In this document: positions 1-30,044 of the stretch, one piece after another
Layout of the letters: the number at the start of each line of letters is the position of its first letter
How positions within the stretch are numbered: the stretch's first letter is position 1
DNA from: the human T2T-CHM13v2.0 reference genome, Homo sapiens
Length of the DNA: 64,000 nucleotides
Assembly (NCBI RefSeq): GCF_009914755.1
Contig: NC_060941.1
Strand: one strand, 5' to 3'
Translations under genes and position numbers: made by a program
Notes under the pieces: model-generated
The model's database searches: none
What the model was told of the DNA's origin: nothing
What the model saw: only the letters and a program-made list of their open reading frames with translations

Positions 1-765
<765 letters not shown>

Positions 766-859
766 ACATCTTGATAGTGCTGAGTACATATCTGCTATTA
801 ATCGACTGGCCTCAGAAGCAAATCACAGTACAAAAGAAATGATAAACCAAAGTGACTGC

Positions 860-881
860 TTTAATGTTAAAAATATTTATT
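860..881 (-). terminator. CENPV: CENPV polyadenylation signals (AATAAA 881-876; ATTAAA 865-860)
   Basis: tttatt and tttaat on the + strand, about 260-280 nt past the stop codon. Confidence 0.75.
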
Positions 882-1139
882 TTTTTTCCTAAAAGATCAC
901 ACAAAAGTTGGGAAGAGAAGGATGTCAATTAGACTACATCAAAATCTGGGCAGAGGGAGGACAAAGAGCTGCCTAAAGAAACTGGTAGCTGGAGCAAACT
1001 GCAGAGATCAAGATGACCCTAGTCAACGGAACCAGCAGCCCAGGTCAGCCACATTCAGGAGCACCACCGAGGCACGGCAGGGAGAGCAAAGTTGCTGGCC
1101 CCAATCATTCCTCCTTTTCAGGGCAGGAGAGGCAGAAGC

Positions 1140-1364
<225 letters not shown>

Positions 1365-1686
1365 CTACACATTAGGGCTTCCAAAGGATATGCCACAGCT
1401 TATGGCTTCAGTGATGAGACCCACAGGCTGCCAGCTGGCTCGGAAAGCACTGGCTCCAGCCTACCGCTTCAGCCCTCTGACTCACTTTCCTCAACTGCCA
1501 GATGGGAATCACACTCCCTGAGCCAGGTTTGGCCAAGGCTAGACAACATTCAATACCAAGTTGAGAGTACAACATGCAGAAAGGCACAGCCCAGAGCAAT
1601 CTCTGACTGGCAGCCTAAAGAATTCACAGGCCTTTCCTGTGTTTAGATAGATAACTTTCTTTCCTTTTTTTTCAGATGGAGTTTAG

Positions 1687-1833
<147 letters not shown>

Positions 1834-2919
1834 TAGTAAAGATGGGGTTTCTCCATGTTGGTTAGGCTGGTCTCGAACTCCCAACCTCAGGTGAGCCACC
1901 ATGCCTGGCCTCAGATAGATAACTTTCTAAGAATTAAATGTCTTCCCATTTGCACAGGATTTCATACTTTTCAACTCTTTCCTGTTCTGCAAGGTAGACA
2001 GGAAGGAGTCTCCATGTGACAGATGAGGAACAGGAGGCCCTGAAGCAATGGGGGAGCGGTAAGGATGACATCCTGCCCTGCCCTGCCTCCCCCACCTCCC
2101 CTGTCCGCCCCCCACCACCATAAGGCAAAAGACACTGACAGTCATAGCTGCTCTCGCAGCTCTGGAGGCTGCACTGACACAACAAGAGTCCTCAGAACAT
2201 CTTCCACCTCTGCTTTCCCCTTCAATTCACACTATAGTTGGTATGATTCTCAACAACTGTCAGAGGGTTAGTTTTATTACTCCCCAGACCCAAGCAGGCC
2301 CTGAAGCGGGGCTTGGAGGGTTCCCTGCTTGTTTATTATTTTTTAAAAAGAACAGAGATACGGTTTTGCTATGTTTCCCAGGCTGGTCTCAAACTCCTGA
2401 GCTCAAGAAATCCTCCCACCTTGGCCTCCCAAAGTGCTGGGATACAGGTGTGAGCCACCGCAGCCAGCCAGTCCTGCCTAATTTTTGAACAACCAAAAAG
2501 CTTTCAAATGCCATTATCAATGCTCCCCAATCTTGCCTCCTTCACTCCCTTAACCCCTGTCATTATTAAAGCTGCCTCCCCTGGCCCCACAAGCCCATCT
2601 CCTCACCCCTCTCCTCCCTACCCTTCAACACCATCCCCAGCAACACCAGCTCTACCAGCACCAGTGAATAAGAATCACAACCTGGATGGGCTCCAAGTCC
2701 AACTTCACCACATTCAGATATGGGATTCAGAAAAGTTTCACCGGAGCCCGACTCACATTCTATCATGTGGAAAGCGCTCTGCTGAGGAGCCCTGTTCCTC
2801 TAAGATACGCATGTGACAGGGTCTAGTCAGCATCCCACCTGTCCAAATAAGACTTTAAATGAGAGCACCATGGGCCTCTCTGTGTCCCCCTGAGCTTGCA
2901 GTCCATCCCCTTTACTCAC

Positions 2920-3034
2920 CGAAGCCTCCGGGGTTTGATCGTGGAGTATAGAAGCTCTGAACGCCACATCTCTTACAGAAGGTATGCTGGGCTTTGTGAG
3001 TATTGAACGTGTAAGTCGTTATGTGCTCAGCTCC
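2920..3034 (-). CDS. CENPV: CENPV coding exon 4
   Basis: Acceptor ttttcacctag|GGA GCT. Encodes [38 protein letters not shown](G), with the FCxxCG motif. Donor G|gtgagt. 115 nt. Confidence 0.96.
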
Positions 3035-3368
3035 CTAGGTGAAAACAGACAAACGGTATTCTTTTTTACAAAGAGATTTATTTATTTAATTTATTTATTT
3101 ATTTATTTATTGAGACAGAGTCTCCCACTGTCTCTCAGGCTGGAGTGCAGTGGCGCAATCTTGGCTCACTGCAACCTCCACCTGCATGGGTTCAAGAGAT
3201 TTTCCTGCCTCAGCCTCCCAAGTAGCTGGGATTATAGGCGCGTGCCCCCATGCCCAGCTAATTTTTTGTATTTTTAGTACAGACAGGGTTTCACCATGTT
3301 GGCCAGGTTGGTCTCGAACTCCTGACCTCATGATTCACCCACCTTGGCCTCCCAAAGTGCTGGGATTA

Positions 3369-3745
<377 letters not shown>

Positions 3746-4705
3746 TTAGCCAGGTGCAGTGGCACACATCTGTAGTCCCAGCTACCTGGGAGGCTGAGGT
3801 AGGAGCATCAGTTGAGCCTGGGGAAGTAGAGGCTGCAGTGGGCTGAGATCGCACCATTAAAAAAAAAAATCTTGAAATAACTTAATGGCAGGAGCTCTTC
3901 TGTAGGGCTCTTTGTATTAAGAGGCCATTTCCTATCTCCAGAAGAGACTGGGACCTTCTTGAGGACAGAGACCCATCTACACTATCCAGAGACATGTCAG
4001 TCTGGAGCGTGACAGCTCACAGCTTCCCTTAGGTCAACGGCATACAGAATTCAGCCTTGAGCCTTCCCTGATACATCACATCAGGGAGGGAAAGTGCTTG
4101 CTTCCCAGGGCCTATGTGGAGAGACAGTTCACCCAAGGGACTGGCTCTCCATGTCCCCAAACAGAACGGCTCAAGGTCTTAAGAAAACTGATGGCTGTGC
4201 TTAATTTATCCACAAAGGACAAACCAGGAAAAAAATATTTGCCAGACGTCATAGACAGGCTAATTTCCTTAATGGATAATACAAACGGGAGACTGGACAA
4301 AGGACATGAACGGACAGTTCAGATAGAAAGAAAAATAAATCACTCTTTAGCCTATGAAATGCTCACCAAAGGAACTTCAATGAGATGTATTTCACTGTCA
4401 GGTGGGCAAAATCAAAGCCGTTAACATGGTATTGACAAGTATGTAGAGAAATATGTGCTCACATATATCAGTCACAGGAACAGGAATTGGTACAATTTAG
4501 CAACATCTACCAAAATTTTAAAGTGTACATATGCTTTAGCACACAATTCCATTTCTTGAAATTTATTATACAGATATATTCCAAATGTCTCAATGACATA
4601 GGTATATAGATACTATAGCACTGTTTATGAAGGCTAAAGATTGGAAAAATTGAAAATGTCCCTCAATAGAGGACCGGTTAGGCATTATGGACACTCATAA
4701 AATGA

Positions 4706-4966
<261 letters not shown>

Positions 4967-4969
4967 TCA

Positions 4970-5071
<102 letters not shown>

Positions 5072-5098
5072 TCAAAAAAAAAGTTAAGCAAGGTATAA

Positions 5099-5335
<237 letters not shown>

Positions 5336-6500
5336 TAGCCGATTTTTTATTTTTTGTAGACATGGGGGTCTCGCTATGTTGTCCAGGCTGGTGTTGAACT
5401 CCTGGGCTCAAGTGATCTGCCTGCCTTGGCCTTCCAAAGTGCTGGGACTACAGGCATGAGCTACTGTGCCTGGCCTGTATGTGCTTTTATATGCATATGT
5501 ATCTTTGAAGAGGGATCCAAGAAACAGTGGCTTACCTTTAGGGAGAGAAATCAGACAGCTGAAGGGGAAGGGGTGGAGGTTTCTTATCCTTGTTAACCCT
5601 CTTTACGCTTCCCCAGCCATACCGTCCAGAATTGTGCTTCCTATAGAAATAGCTCCCTGAGGAGCCTTGCTCACTCCATAGCCACTGCAGCACAGAAAAG
5701 CAGCGAAGGACTGCCAAGTGGTCCCAAGCCATCCAGCATTATCTGGATGGAATTAAAGCCCCGCCCAACCCCACATTACCCATAATGTGCTAAAAGTCTT
5801 TTTTAAAAAATCTGTATTCTTTAACCTGGAGATTTTCTTTCTCTCTTTTTTTTTAACTGCTCCTTGTAGAGCAGGGTGTAGGAAGTGTGCCCAGAATAGC
5901 CAGAGAACTTATTTCTAAGAGAATTGATCCTAAAGAAGAAATTTCTAAATTGTCAAAAATGTATACCAAGGAGGTTCACCAGTGTTGTTGATAATCAGAA
6001 AAAAACGGGACTCAACTGCAATGATGCAGACAGTGATGGGGTAAGTAGACCAGGAAATCGGCTGTGGGGAAGAGGGAGACTGGGGCATGGGGACAGTAGG
6101 GAAAGATTTTTCACTGTGTATATACACATTTTCTTCTACCTTTCAAATTTTGTACCAAGTACAAAAAATTCCCCAAAATAATAAAATTAAAGTTACAAAT
6201 AAGTATATAAGCTTTTCATTGGGAAATGAGATAAGCAGTTTATCAACAAAAAGAATGGTAAAATTCTACTTAATAAACATAAGACAATAGGTTTAGATGT
6301 ATTTCTCAGAGTAGAAAATAATACACAAAGACAGACACCAAAATATTAACAGTGGTTACCTTTAGTTGACAGGATTTGGGTGATTTTATTGTTTTTTGAT
6401 TCTCTGAATTTGAAAATGTTTCCACAATACCAAATAGGCCTCCAAAAAATAAAGGTAAAAAATAACACAACCTTTTATTTTTTATTTTCATTTTTTTTGA

Positions 6501-6788
<288 letters not shown>

Positions 6789-6931
6789 TAAATGTCAACC
6801 TGAAACCAAAGCCCGTGAGAGGCCCTGCTATGCTCCAGGCCCCTCCCATGCTACAGACGGCATGCTAACGGTTGGGTGGGGGGTCCTGTAAATCTCACCA
6901 ATGGGTTCTGCACTCCTTGACCCTGCTCTTA

Positions 6932-7060
<129 letters not shown>

Positions 7061-8254
7061 CTATGCCTGAGCGGCCCAGCCATGAGAGCCAGCCGACCCC
7101 ACAGATGATGCCCCTTTCAGCACCATCCAGGGCCGAGGAGCTGGGGCAAAGGCCTGGATAGCAGTGCCTCTGGTTTGCAGGTACAGCAGAGCCCAGGGGG
7201 GTCCCAAGTCAGCAGTCGAGGTTCTGCAATGCTCAGAACACAGGACCAACAGACAGGTCTGTACTGCCCACCCCTCAGTTCTTTACAGTGAAGAGAAGCG
7301 CTGGACTTCAGAGACACTTAGGAAACAAATTTCAGACACTGCTACAACCTGATGTCTCTGAGACATCCACACCAAAAATGGACAAGGAAGTTTAGGTTTC
7401 CCTCTTTCTTCATCACCACGTCACAAGAAGTCCAGCTCCAAGTAAAACACGTCCCCAGAATTACCATCTCTGGAATTAAACTGAAGTCCCCTCTTTTCAG
7501 GCCACCTTTGAAAAAGTTCTAATTTAGCACAGAATCCTCTCACAAGTTATTCCACAGTGCTTCTTTTCCAATCTGGACTCTATTGTTAGTAGCCTGGTCA
7601 GTTCTCCATTTGAGTAATTCCATCGTATGTGCTTATTATTCATATATAATTCCGGTACCTAGGGGCAAAAAGGACTGGATGCTGTTAAATAATTAGCTGC
7701 ATGCCAACTTTGGGTCCCAAAGCCAGAGCCTGTCGTCCCTGCTCCATCATAACGCCGGGGAAGGTGGTACAAATCAGGCCCTCCACAGCCAGCAGTGCCA
7801 TCTGCCTCAACCGAAGAGCAGAGCGAGAGTGGAGGGCCTGGGGAGCCTCCAGGTGTATACACCCTTCACTAACATACCCTCCAACTCTCCCCAACTCTAG
7901 ACTTCTATGAAGATTCTGCCCAAGGCTTTCCACTCAGTACCCAGCCAGGCACACCTGCAGCTAACCGCCCCCGGCTCCTCAGCAGTGTCAGTCTGAGGGT
8001 GATGCTGCCACAAGCCACAAGCCCTGAGGACCCTGCTCTGTGTCACCTGGGCCATGCTGTTGAAGCTCTGTGATGAGCCATATAAAAGGAACAAAAATAG
8101 AACAATGAACCTTTCTGTCCCCATCACCTGACTTCAACAGTTACCAGCCCAAGGCCAATGTTTCCTCTGTACCCCAACTCCCCAGATTATTTTGAAATAT
8201 TGCATTTTAACTCTGAAATTCTTTTAAGCCAATTTAGGGAAAAAAAAATACTCA

Positions 8255-8485
<231 letters not shown>

Positions 8486-8668
8486 TTAAGGAGGCACTGT
8501 CAATTTCCTAAGTGAAGAATGGTTTCAGCACCTTCTTTGTCCATGAGCTCTCTTTTCACCAATTTCTTAAATTATATTAAGTTGCAAAATAAAACATTCC
8601 AAACATTTCGAAAATGTGAGGGATCCTAACCCACCACCAGACATTTTTATTTATATGTCAAATACTAA

Positions 8669-8902
<234 letters not shown>

Positions 8903-9276
8903 TGATCCACCCACGGGGACTCCCAAAGTGCTGGGATTACAGGCGTGAGCCACTGCTCCGGGCCTCAAATACTAAATATTTTTATGAGCTAGGCACGAAG
9001 GAGAGAACACTAAACAAGATACAGCAGACACGATTGCTACCCTTACCGACCTTAACAATTTACTCAAATAATAATTAATTATGATTGTGATAAAGGAGGT
9101 ACAGGCTGCTATGAAAAATAAGACTGTGTACTCAATCAAGTCCAGAGGTCCAGAAGAGCCTTTTGAGAAACTTAATAAAGGCTCTTATATTTTTGCTCTA
9201 TTTCTTTCCAGTATTCTTCATACACATGCGTTTTACATAGTTGTAATACACATTACATAGAATTTTTTTTTTTTGA

Positions 9277-9435
<159 letters not shown>

Positions 9436-11350
9436 TAGTAGAGACGGGGTTTCTCCATGTTGGTCAGGCAGTCTCAAACTCCCCACCTCAGGTGATCCAC
9501 CCGCGTCGGCCTCCCAAAGTGCTGGGATTACAGGCATGAGCCACCTCACCCAGCCTACATACAATTTTAACCCTTTAAAGCTTATATATAAGCCAAACTC
9601 AGAAATGAACATTAAGATCTGATAAATGTCTTAAAATCGCTTTCCAAAAGGATTGAACACCCTTACCCGATATATAAATGAGAAAACATTTCACTGTACA
9701 GTCTCAGGCAATAATTATAGGAAAAATAGCTCACTGCAGTTTTAATTTGCATGATTAAGACTGATCATTTTTTCATGTTTCTTTACGTTTATGTATTTTA
9801 ATTTTTTCTGCACACATAATGCTTATTGTAAAAACTCCAAACTTCACACTATTTGAGAGTGCTCAAAGTGAAAGCCTCCTGTAATCTTTACACCCAGAGG
9901 GATCTACAGTTAATTATTTGTTATATATTCCCCCAAACTTTTTTCTACACAATATTTTAACGAAAATGGTACAGTTATACACACTTTTTGAATATAATTT
10001 AGTAGACTTTATAAGTACAAAGTCATGGCAATCTAGTGGGAGAAAAACAGCTTTTTTATGTCAATATTTTAAAACTTTTTCTTGACCATTTATCAGTTTG
10101 TCTTAAAATAAAAATTTATCTCAAATTTGAGTTTTACATTCTTCTTTTTTTCTGTATGCCTTGAAGACACCATGAGTTTTACATTCCTAAGGATCTTCGT
10201 ATTCCTTCTGCCCAGAGGCAGCCGTCACCCTATAGGTGCTCAAATGTTTGATGGATGAACGTTTTTTAAAAATTCAGTGTGCAGTCCAAGATGAAAAACC
10301 AAAAAGTGAAGCACACAGAAAACCAAATATGTATCTTCTGTCGGGGACGACTCATCCTAAGAGAATTTCTTCCGCAAGAAGCTCAAAGGAACATGTTCAA
10401 GAAAAGAAGTAATTCTCAGGTTATGCAATTGCTAGGTTATTCTTGTCGGTTTTTTCCCCCTAGTGTTTTGATTGTTCTTTTTAATTCGTAAAATTGACAC
10501 TGAAATATAATATCAGGGCGTTAAAATATCTCTCTGTAGCACAACTGTTCCCCGAGGCAGGAATCCAGATCGCATTTGGAGAAAAGAAGGCAGCCCTTTA
10601 ACAGCCCAGTTAAAAGCTCTTTCCCAAATCGCGGACACTCGAGATGCTCCTCGGGCCATCTAAAAGACTGCGGAGCAGCCAGGAGGGCGAGCGGCAGGGA
10701 GCATTAGCTGGCTGAGCACATAAAAGCCTCCCTACGTAGGTATCCCCGCCGCCGCGCGAGGCCGGAGCATCTCTTCGCGCGCGCTTCTCTCCCGGATCAA
10801 TAACCTCCGCCCCCTGCTCCCTCCCTGGCAGTGCCTGGAACAATGACGGGATTTTGCTTCCCAGTGAGTTCAAAACTATTCATGCTTCCTTCAACGCTTC
10901 TACCTTTCCCTTCCACCCACCCTCAAAAACACGTGTGCAAACACAAAAAAAAAGGGGATTCGGGTAAGAGAAAGCCGTGGGATTTATGTTCTTTTCACTA
11001 AGAAAGGCCCCCACACCCTTTGCGCGCCAGCAAGAGACAACGTCCCCGAGCACGATGCTTATGGCCGGGAAAGACTCTTTGTGTCCCAAGACGGCTGCGC
11101 GCGCCCTCAAGCTCCGGACGAAGCCCCCTTTCCATTCCCAGGCCACACAGCCCTAGAAGCACCGCCCCGCCCCGCCGCCCTTAGAATTAAGGAATAACCC
11201 CAGTGCTAACGGGGGAGCCGCGTCGGCTCCGTAACGTGGAAGGCTCAGAGATGAAAGGCGCCCAAGGCCTGCACGCGGGCTGCGAGCCCGACTCCTGCCG
11301 AGGGGGTCCGCGTGGCAACGGCTCCCGCGCCCCCCGGCCCGCCGCACTCA

Positions 11351-11851
<501 letters not shown>

Positions 11852-12363
11852 TCAGGCCCAGGGGGCGCTGCGCCCGGCTGCCCCGCTCCGCCAGCCGCGC
11901 CCCGCAGCGCGGCGCCTGCCCGCAGGAGGGAGACCCGGCCCGCCCGGCCGCTGGGACGCACCTGCCTGTTCAGTCCCGCAGGCAGAGGGGCTGCGCCTGG
12001 GCCTACGCTCGCGATACCCAGAATCCACTCGCACCTGCGAAGGCGCCCCTGCCCTGTGTGAATCCAGCGGGCTCTTCGTACCTTCCCGACCTGGAGGGGC
12101 CTGGGTTGGGCCTGAATTCGCAGGCTCATCCGAGCGGGCAGCCTGGGGTAACTTCGTCTCCAAAAACGAGCTAATTTGTGTAAACGGCCTGCCACCTGCT
12201 ACCTCCTGTGTAACAGCGGCCGAAACCATAGTTCTTCACCTTCGTCTTTTCTGTCACATTATAGAACAGTGTCATGAGGATACCAATAGTCAACAGATTT
12301 GGGGTTTCATTTTAATTAAATGAATGACCCGCGCGTCGAATTTCATTAGTATGATTTTGATGA

Positions 12364-21868
<9,505 letters not shown>

Positions 21869-22243
21869 TAAAACCAACATGATGAAGTCTCTGGTGACTC
21901 AGGATAAGGAGAAACAGATCTAGTATGTGATGTGTTCACAGAAGGAGAACAGATGCAACACTCAACTCCAAAGGGGAAAAAAATCCTGGTAAATCTGTAT
22001 AGGATTTTAAGGGAATCTGAAAATGGTATGGCGTGTTTGATTTGCTTTTCTCTAAAGCACTGCTCTGTAAGTTCCTATGGGGGGGGCGGGCAGAGCTGCT
22101 AGAAATACAGAAGCATAAGAGAGTAAATAATGGTACCTTCATATGCAAATGTGCTTTTCAGATTGGATCTGTCTGTGCTTGTTTTGAGCTATACCCGGTA
22201 AGGCTCCCTCCAGAAACAGAATTCTTGTTTAGCTCCTGGGAGT

Positions 22244-22276
22244 GTGCAGAATCCACAACAGCCACTAGGGGGCAGG
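22244..22276 (+). promoter_or_regulatory. Putative CTCF site (core plus upstream motif)
   Basis: CCACTAGGGGGCAG at 22262-22275, preceded by TGCAGAATCC, in non-repetitive sequence. Confidence 0.7.
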
Positions 22277-22667
22277 AGGCATGTGTCATATATACCGGGC
22301 AGTGAGAAAGAGTTAATGCAATTAACTAAGGGGCACTATTTTGTACCCTCAGGCTTGAGAGGCCGCCAAGCTACTCCAGCCTCATACAAGTGGGGAAAGA
22401 CTTTGACGGAGTTTAGGGTGGACTGGCAGGCTCTCAACCATAGCAGGAGCACTCAAATTTCTCAGCTTATGTGGCAGGCCTCATTTCTTTCCCTGATGGT
22501 ACTATTTATCTCAATATTTATATCCCTCTTATCAGCATGCTTGTGGTAAATGTTATTTTTCTCAGCATTTTCAGGGGCACCACTAACCTTTGTGCCAAGA
22601 AGAAAACGAAGCCTCTCCTGGACAGACACAACCTATTAGGCCCAGAACTTGGAAAGCTGCCTGATGC

Positions 22668-23137
22668 TGTTAAAAGTTATTCAATAATACTTGTTAAAGG
22701 ACAGTAAGCAAGACTTTATCTGGGACCATCAAGATGGGTATAGGAACCACTGTAATGGGATTTTGCTATAGGGGAGAGAGATTGGACTCAACTCTAAATA
22801 CAGCATGGGCAAGGGGGAATTTACAGCCAAGAAGCAGGGTGGAGGTCAGTGGATGGAAAATTACTAAGAGGAGTAAGGGGGATTCTGGCCAAACCCACCT
22901 AACAGGACTCTTGCTGAAGACAGGCCAAGGTGACCCAACATCAGCTGGAGGATGATGGGGGATGAGAAACCTAATCAGATATTGAAGATGATCAGATATC
23001 AAGATACAGGGTTCTGGCTAAAATCACTTAGAAGAGTTCTTTTGCTAAAACTGGATTTATAAGGAAGTGCACAGATGGGCCTCTGGAGAAGGTTCAGAAG
23101 CCTGACTGAAGTTTGTCCAAGCAAAGAATCTTTGTCA
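22668..23137 (-). mobile_element. Solo LTR, MER31-like (ERV1)
   Basis: TG...CA termini with a perfect 4-bp TSD ATGC (22664-22667 / 23138-23141). About 470 bp. Family assigned from recalled consensus. Confidence 0.7.
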
Positions 23138-23692
23138 ATGCCTCTGAGTGAATTAGAAAACAAAAATCCCTTCTTCCTGTGCAGCCCTATGTGGTAGTCC
23201 TGAGTGTTTACTAAGCACCAGGCACTGTGCTGAGATGAACTTTGCAAACTTTGTCTAACAGCCTTCACAAAAAGGCAAGCACTTTTATTGTCCACATTTT
23301 TCTGCTGAGAAAATTGAGGGTGAGTGTAAGTAACTCACTCAGGGTCACACAGCTAGCAAGTGGTAGAGCTCAAAACAAAAGGATGGATAATGACCTCAGA
23401 TGTCCTGAACTTCTTCCCACATCCACTGAACTCACCAGAGTCTCCCCCCACCACCTCCCAAACTACATCCTCAGGGCAGCAAGAGTGATTTTAACTCTTT
23501 ATTGCTATACTCATGTATATCACGTACATGTAGAATTCAAATAATAAGAAGAATGTCCAACTATGACAAGAAATGGAGCTTTATCAATTTCTCTGATGTG
23601 CCCCATCATCCCCTCACCGCTCCTCAAGAGGTAACCACCCTTCTGACTTTTGTGCTCATCTTTATCACATATAAGTACATATATCTAAATAA

Positions 23693-23932
<240 letters not shown>

Positions 23933-24577
23933 TGAGACGGAGTCTCACTCTGTCTCCCAAGCTGGAGTACAGTGGTGTGATCTCTGCCCACTGCAACCTC
24001 CGCCTCCCGTGTTCAAGCAATTCTCCTGCCACAACCTCCTGACTAGCTGGGACTACAGGCTCATGCCACCACGCCCAGCTAATTTTTTTATTTTTGGTAG
24101 GGATAGGGTTTCACCAGGTTGGCCAGGCTGGTCTTGAACTGACCAATCTCCTGACCTCAGGTGACTGGTCTGCCTCGGCCTCCCAAAGTGCTGGGATTAC
24201 AGGTGTGAACCACCACGCCCTGCCGTCTCATCTGTTTTTGAACTCATTATAATAAGCTAACAAATAATGCATGCATTCTTCTGAGACTTTTCTTTTGTGA
24301 TTCATGCATATTGATGTGTATCCTAGAGTTGATATGTATTCATTGTTGCACAGGATGAACCTTCTACAATTGTCCATTTTTCTGTTGATAGAATATATGT
24401 TTACAGTTATTGCTATTCTGAATAATGCCGATATAAACATTCTTGTTCATCTCTCCTGGCACACATGCGCAAGAGATTCTCTAGGGTATGAGGTGTTTAA
24501 AAATCTTTTCAGCCAGGCACAGTGGTTCGCGCCTGTAATCTCAACACTTTGGGAGGCCGAGACAGGAGGATCACTTA

Positions 24578-24820
<243 letters not shown>

Positions 24821-25090
24821 TTAAAAATAAAAATACTTTCAGGCAATTTGATTATGAACATGTGACAAAGTTTCACTATAGTCTTGCTACAAGAACAAAG
24901 GCCTCTGACAGACTAAGTCAAAGATTTCTCTCTTGGTAGAAACAATGGGGGAAAATGACTACATAATCACTGTTTAGACTGTATACAAAAGAAATGCCTA
25001 ATTAAAGATCTTTAGACTCTTGACTGACAGCTGATAATCATCTTCATGAGTGGGTATCTAGCTTCTCAGGAGAGGTCTTAATTCGATTAG

Positions 25091-25395
<305 letters not shown>

Positions 25396-26038
25396 TTAAA
25401 TTTTTTGTTGTGGGGCAGGGTGGGAGACAGAATCTCCTTCTGTCACCCAGGTTGGAGAGCAGTGGTATGATCATAGCTCACTGTAGCCTTGACTCCTGGG
25501 CTCAAGGATCCGCCTGCCTCAGCCACCAAATAGTTAAGACTACAGGTGCATGCCACCACATGAAGTAATTTTTTTTAAGTTTTGTGGAGATGGAGGGTCT
25601 TGCTATGTTGTCCAGACTGGTCTCAAACTCCTAGCCTCAAGTGATCCTCCCAACTTGGCTTTCCAGAGCGCTGGGATTACAGGCATCAGACAACATTCCT
25701 GGCCCAAATATTTTATTAGGAATACTACTGTCTTCCTTGAGGAGGTTATGAATTACATTACCCAAAAATATTCCACCCCAAGCCAGGTTTAGGACAATTT
25801 TTCTTTTATAATAACTGCAGTTGGATTGCTGCATCTAGGATATGTGCACATTCAATTTTGTTTCTAAAGGGGTTATACCAGTTTACAGTCTTGCCAGCAG
25901 TGGGAGAGAGTTCCTATTGCTCTACATCCTACCCAACACTTGACATTGTCTGAATTTTTAATTTTATTGGGTTTTTTTTTTCTGGAAATGGGGACCTCAC
26001 TATGTTGCCCAGGCTGTTAAACTCTCAGCCTCAAGTGA

Positions 26039-26516
<478 letters not shown>

Positions 26517-27172
26517 TAAATTTTAGGAACAGCTTGTCAATTTCTATTTTTAAAACAGGCCGGACACAGTGGCTTATGGCTATAATCCCAACACCTTAGT
26601 AGGCCAAGGCAAAAGGATCACTTGACACCAGGAGTTTGAGACTAGTCTGAACAACATAGGAAGATACCTCATCTCTACTTAAAAAAAAAAAAAAAATTAG
26701 TCAGGCAAGATGGCTTATCCTTGCGTCCTAGCTACTTGGGAGGGTGAGGTGGGAAATGCTTGAACCCTGAAGTTCAAGGTTGCAGTGAACTATGAATGTA
26801 CCACTGCACTCCAGCCTAGGTGACTCAGTGAGATCTTGTCTTAAAAAAAAAAAAAAAAAAAAAAAAAGTCGGCCAGATGTGGTGGCTCACGCCTGTAATC
26901 CCAGCACTTTGGGAGGCCAAGGCAGGTGGATCACCTGAAGTTGGGAGTTCGAGACCAGCCTAGCCAACATGGAAAAACCTCGTCTCTACTGAAAATACAA
27001 AATTAGCTGGGCGTGGTGGTGCATGCCTGTAATCCCAGCTACTCAGGGGCTGAGGCAGGAGAATCACTTGAACCCAAGAGGCGGAGGTTGTGGTGAGCTG
27101 AGATTGCGCCACAGCACTCCAGCCTGGGCAACAAGAGCAAAACTTCATCTCAACAACAACAACAAAAAATTA

Positions 27173-28387
<1,215 letters not shown>

Positions 28388-28761
28388 TTACCTGAGCTAT
28401 GTCTAAGACTGCTTTGCCAGAGGTTTGTCTAAATTTTTTCTAGCTTTATTGGGGATAACTGGTATACAGTTAAGTTGCAGGTATTTACAGCATATAAACA
28501 GATACATTTCTATATATGCTTATACCTGTGAAACTATCACCATAATCAAGATGATAAAACATTTTCCTCACCACTAAAAGTTTTTCCTGCCTTTTATAAC
28601 CCATCCCATCTCATTACTCCTTCTTGCCTCCATCCTCAAGTGATCACTGATCTGCTTTCTCTTTCATGAGTTTGCATTTTCTAGAATTTGATATGGAATG
28701 AAATCATATAGCTTATACCCTTTTTTGGTCTGGGTTCTTTCACTCAGCATAATTATTTTGA

Positions 28762-29138
<377 letters not shown>

Positions 29139-29189
29139 TGAGCCACTGCACCCGTCTATAATTATTATTATTATTATTATTTAAGATAG

Positions 29190-29486
<297 letters not shown>

Positions 29487-29720
29487 TGAACTTATTATGT
29501 GCCCCTCTCTTTGCACTGGCTGGGGGAAAAAACCAAAAACCTCCCCCAAAACCCTCCTAAATCTATGGCCTACCTCTAGCAAAGGAAAAACTTCAAAACC
29601 AGCATTTTGTATACTAATCTCATTCCTAACTGCATTTTCTCTTTTCCTCTCCCTTTGTATATGTTCCTCGTCCACTTATCTTTATTTTATTTTGTTATAT
29701 ATATATATTTAATTAAGTTA

Positions 29721-30044
<324 letters not shown>

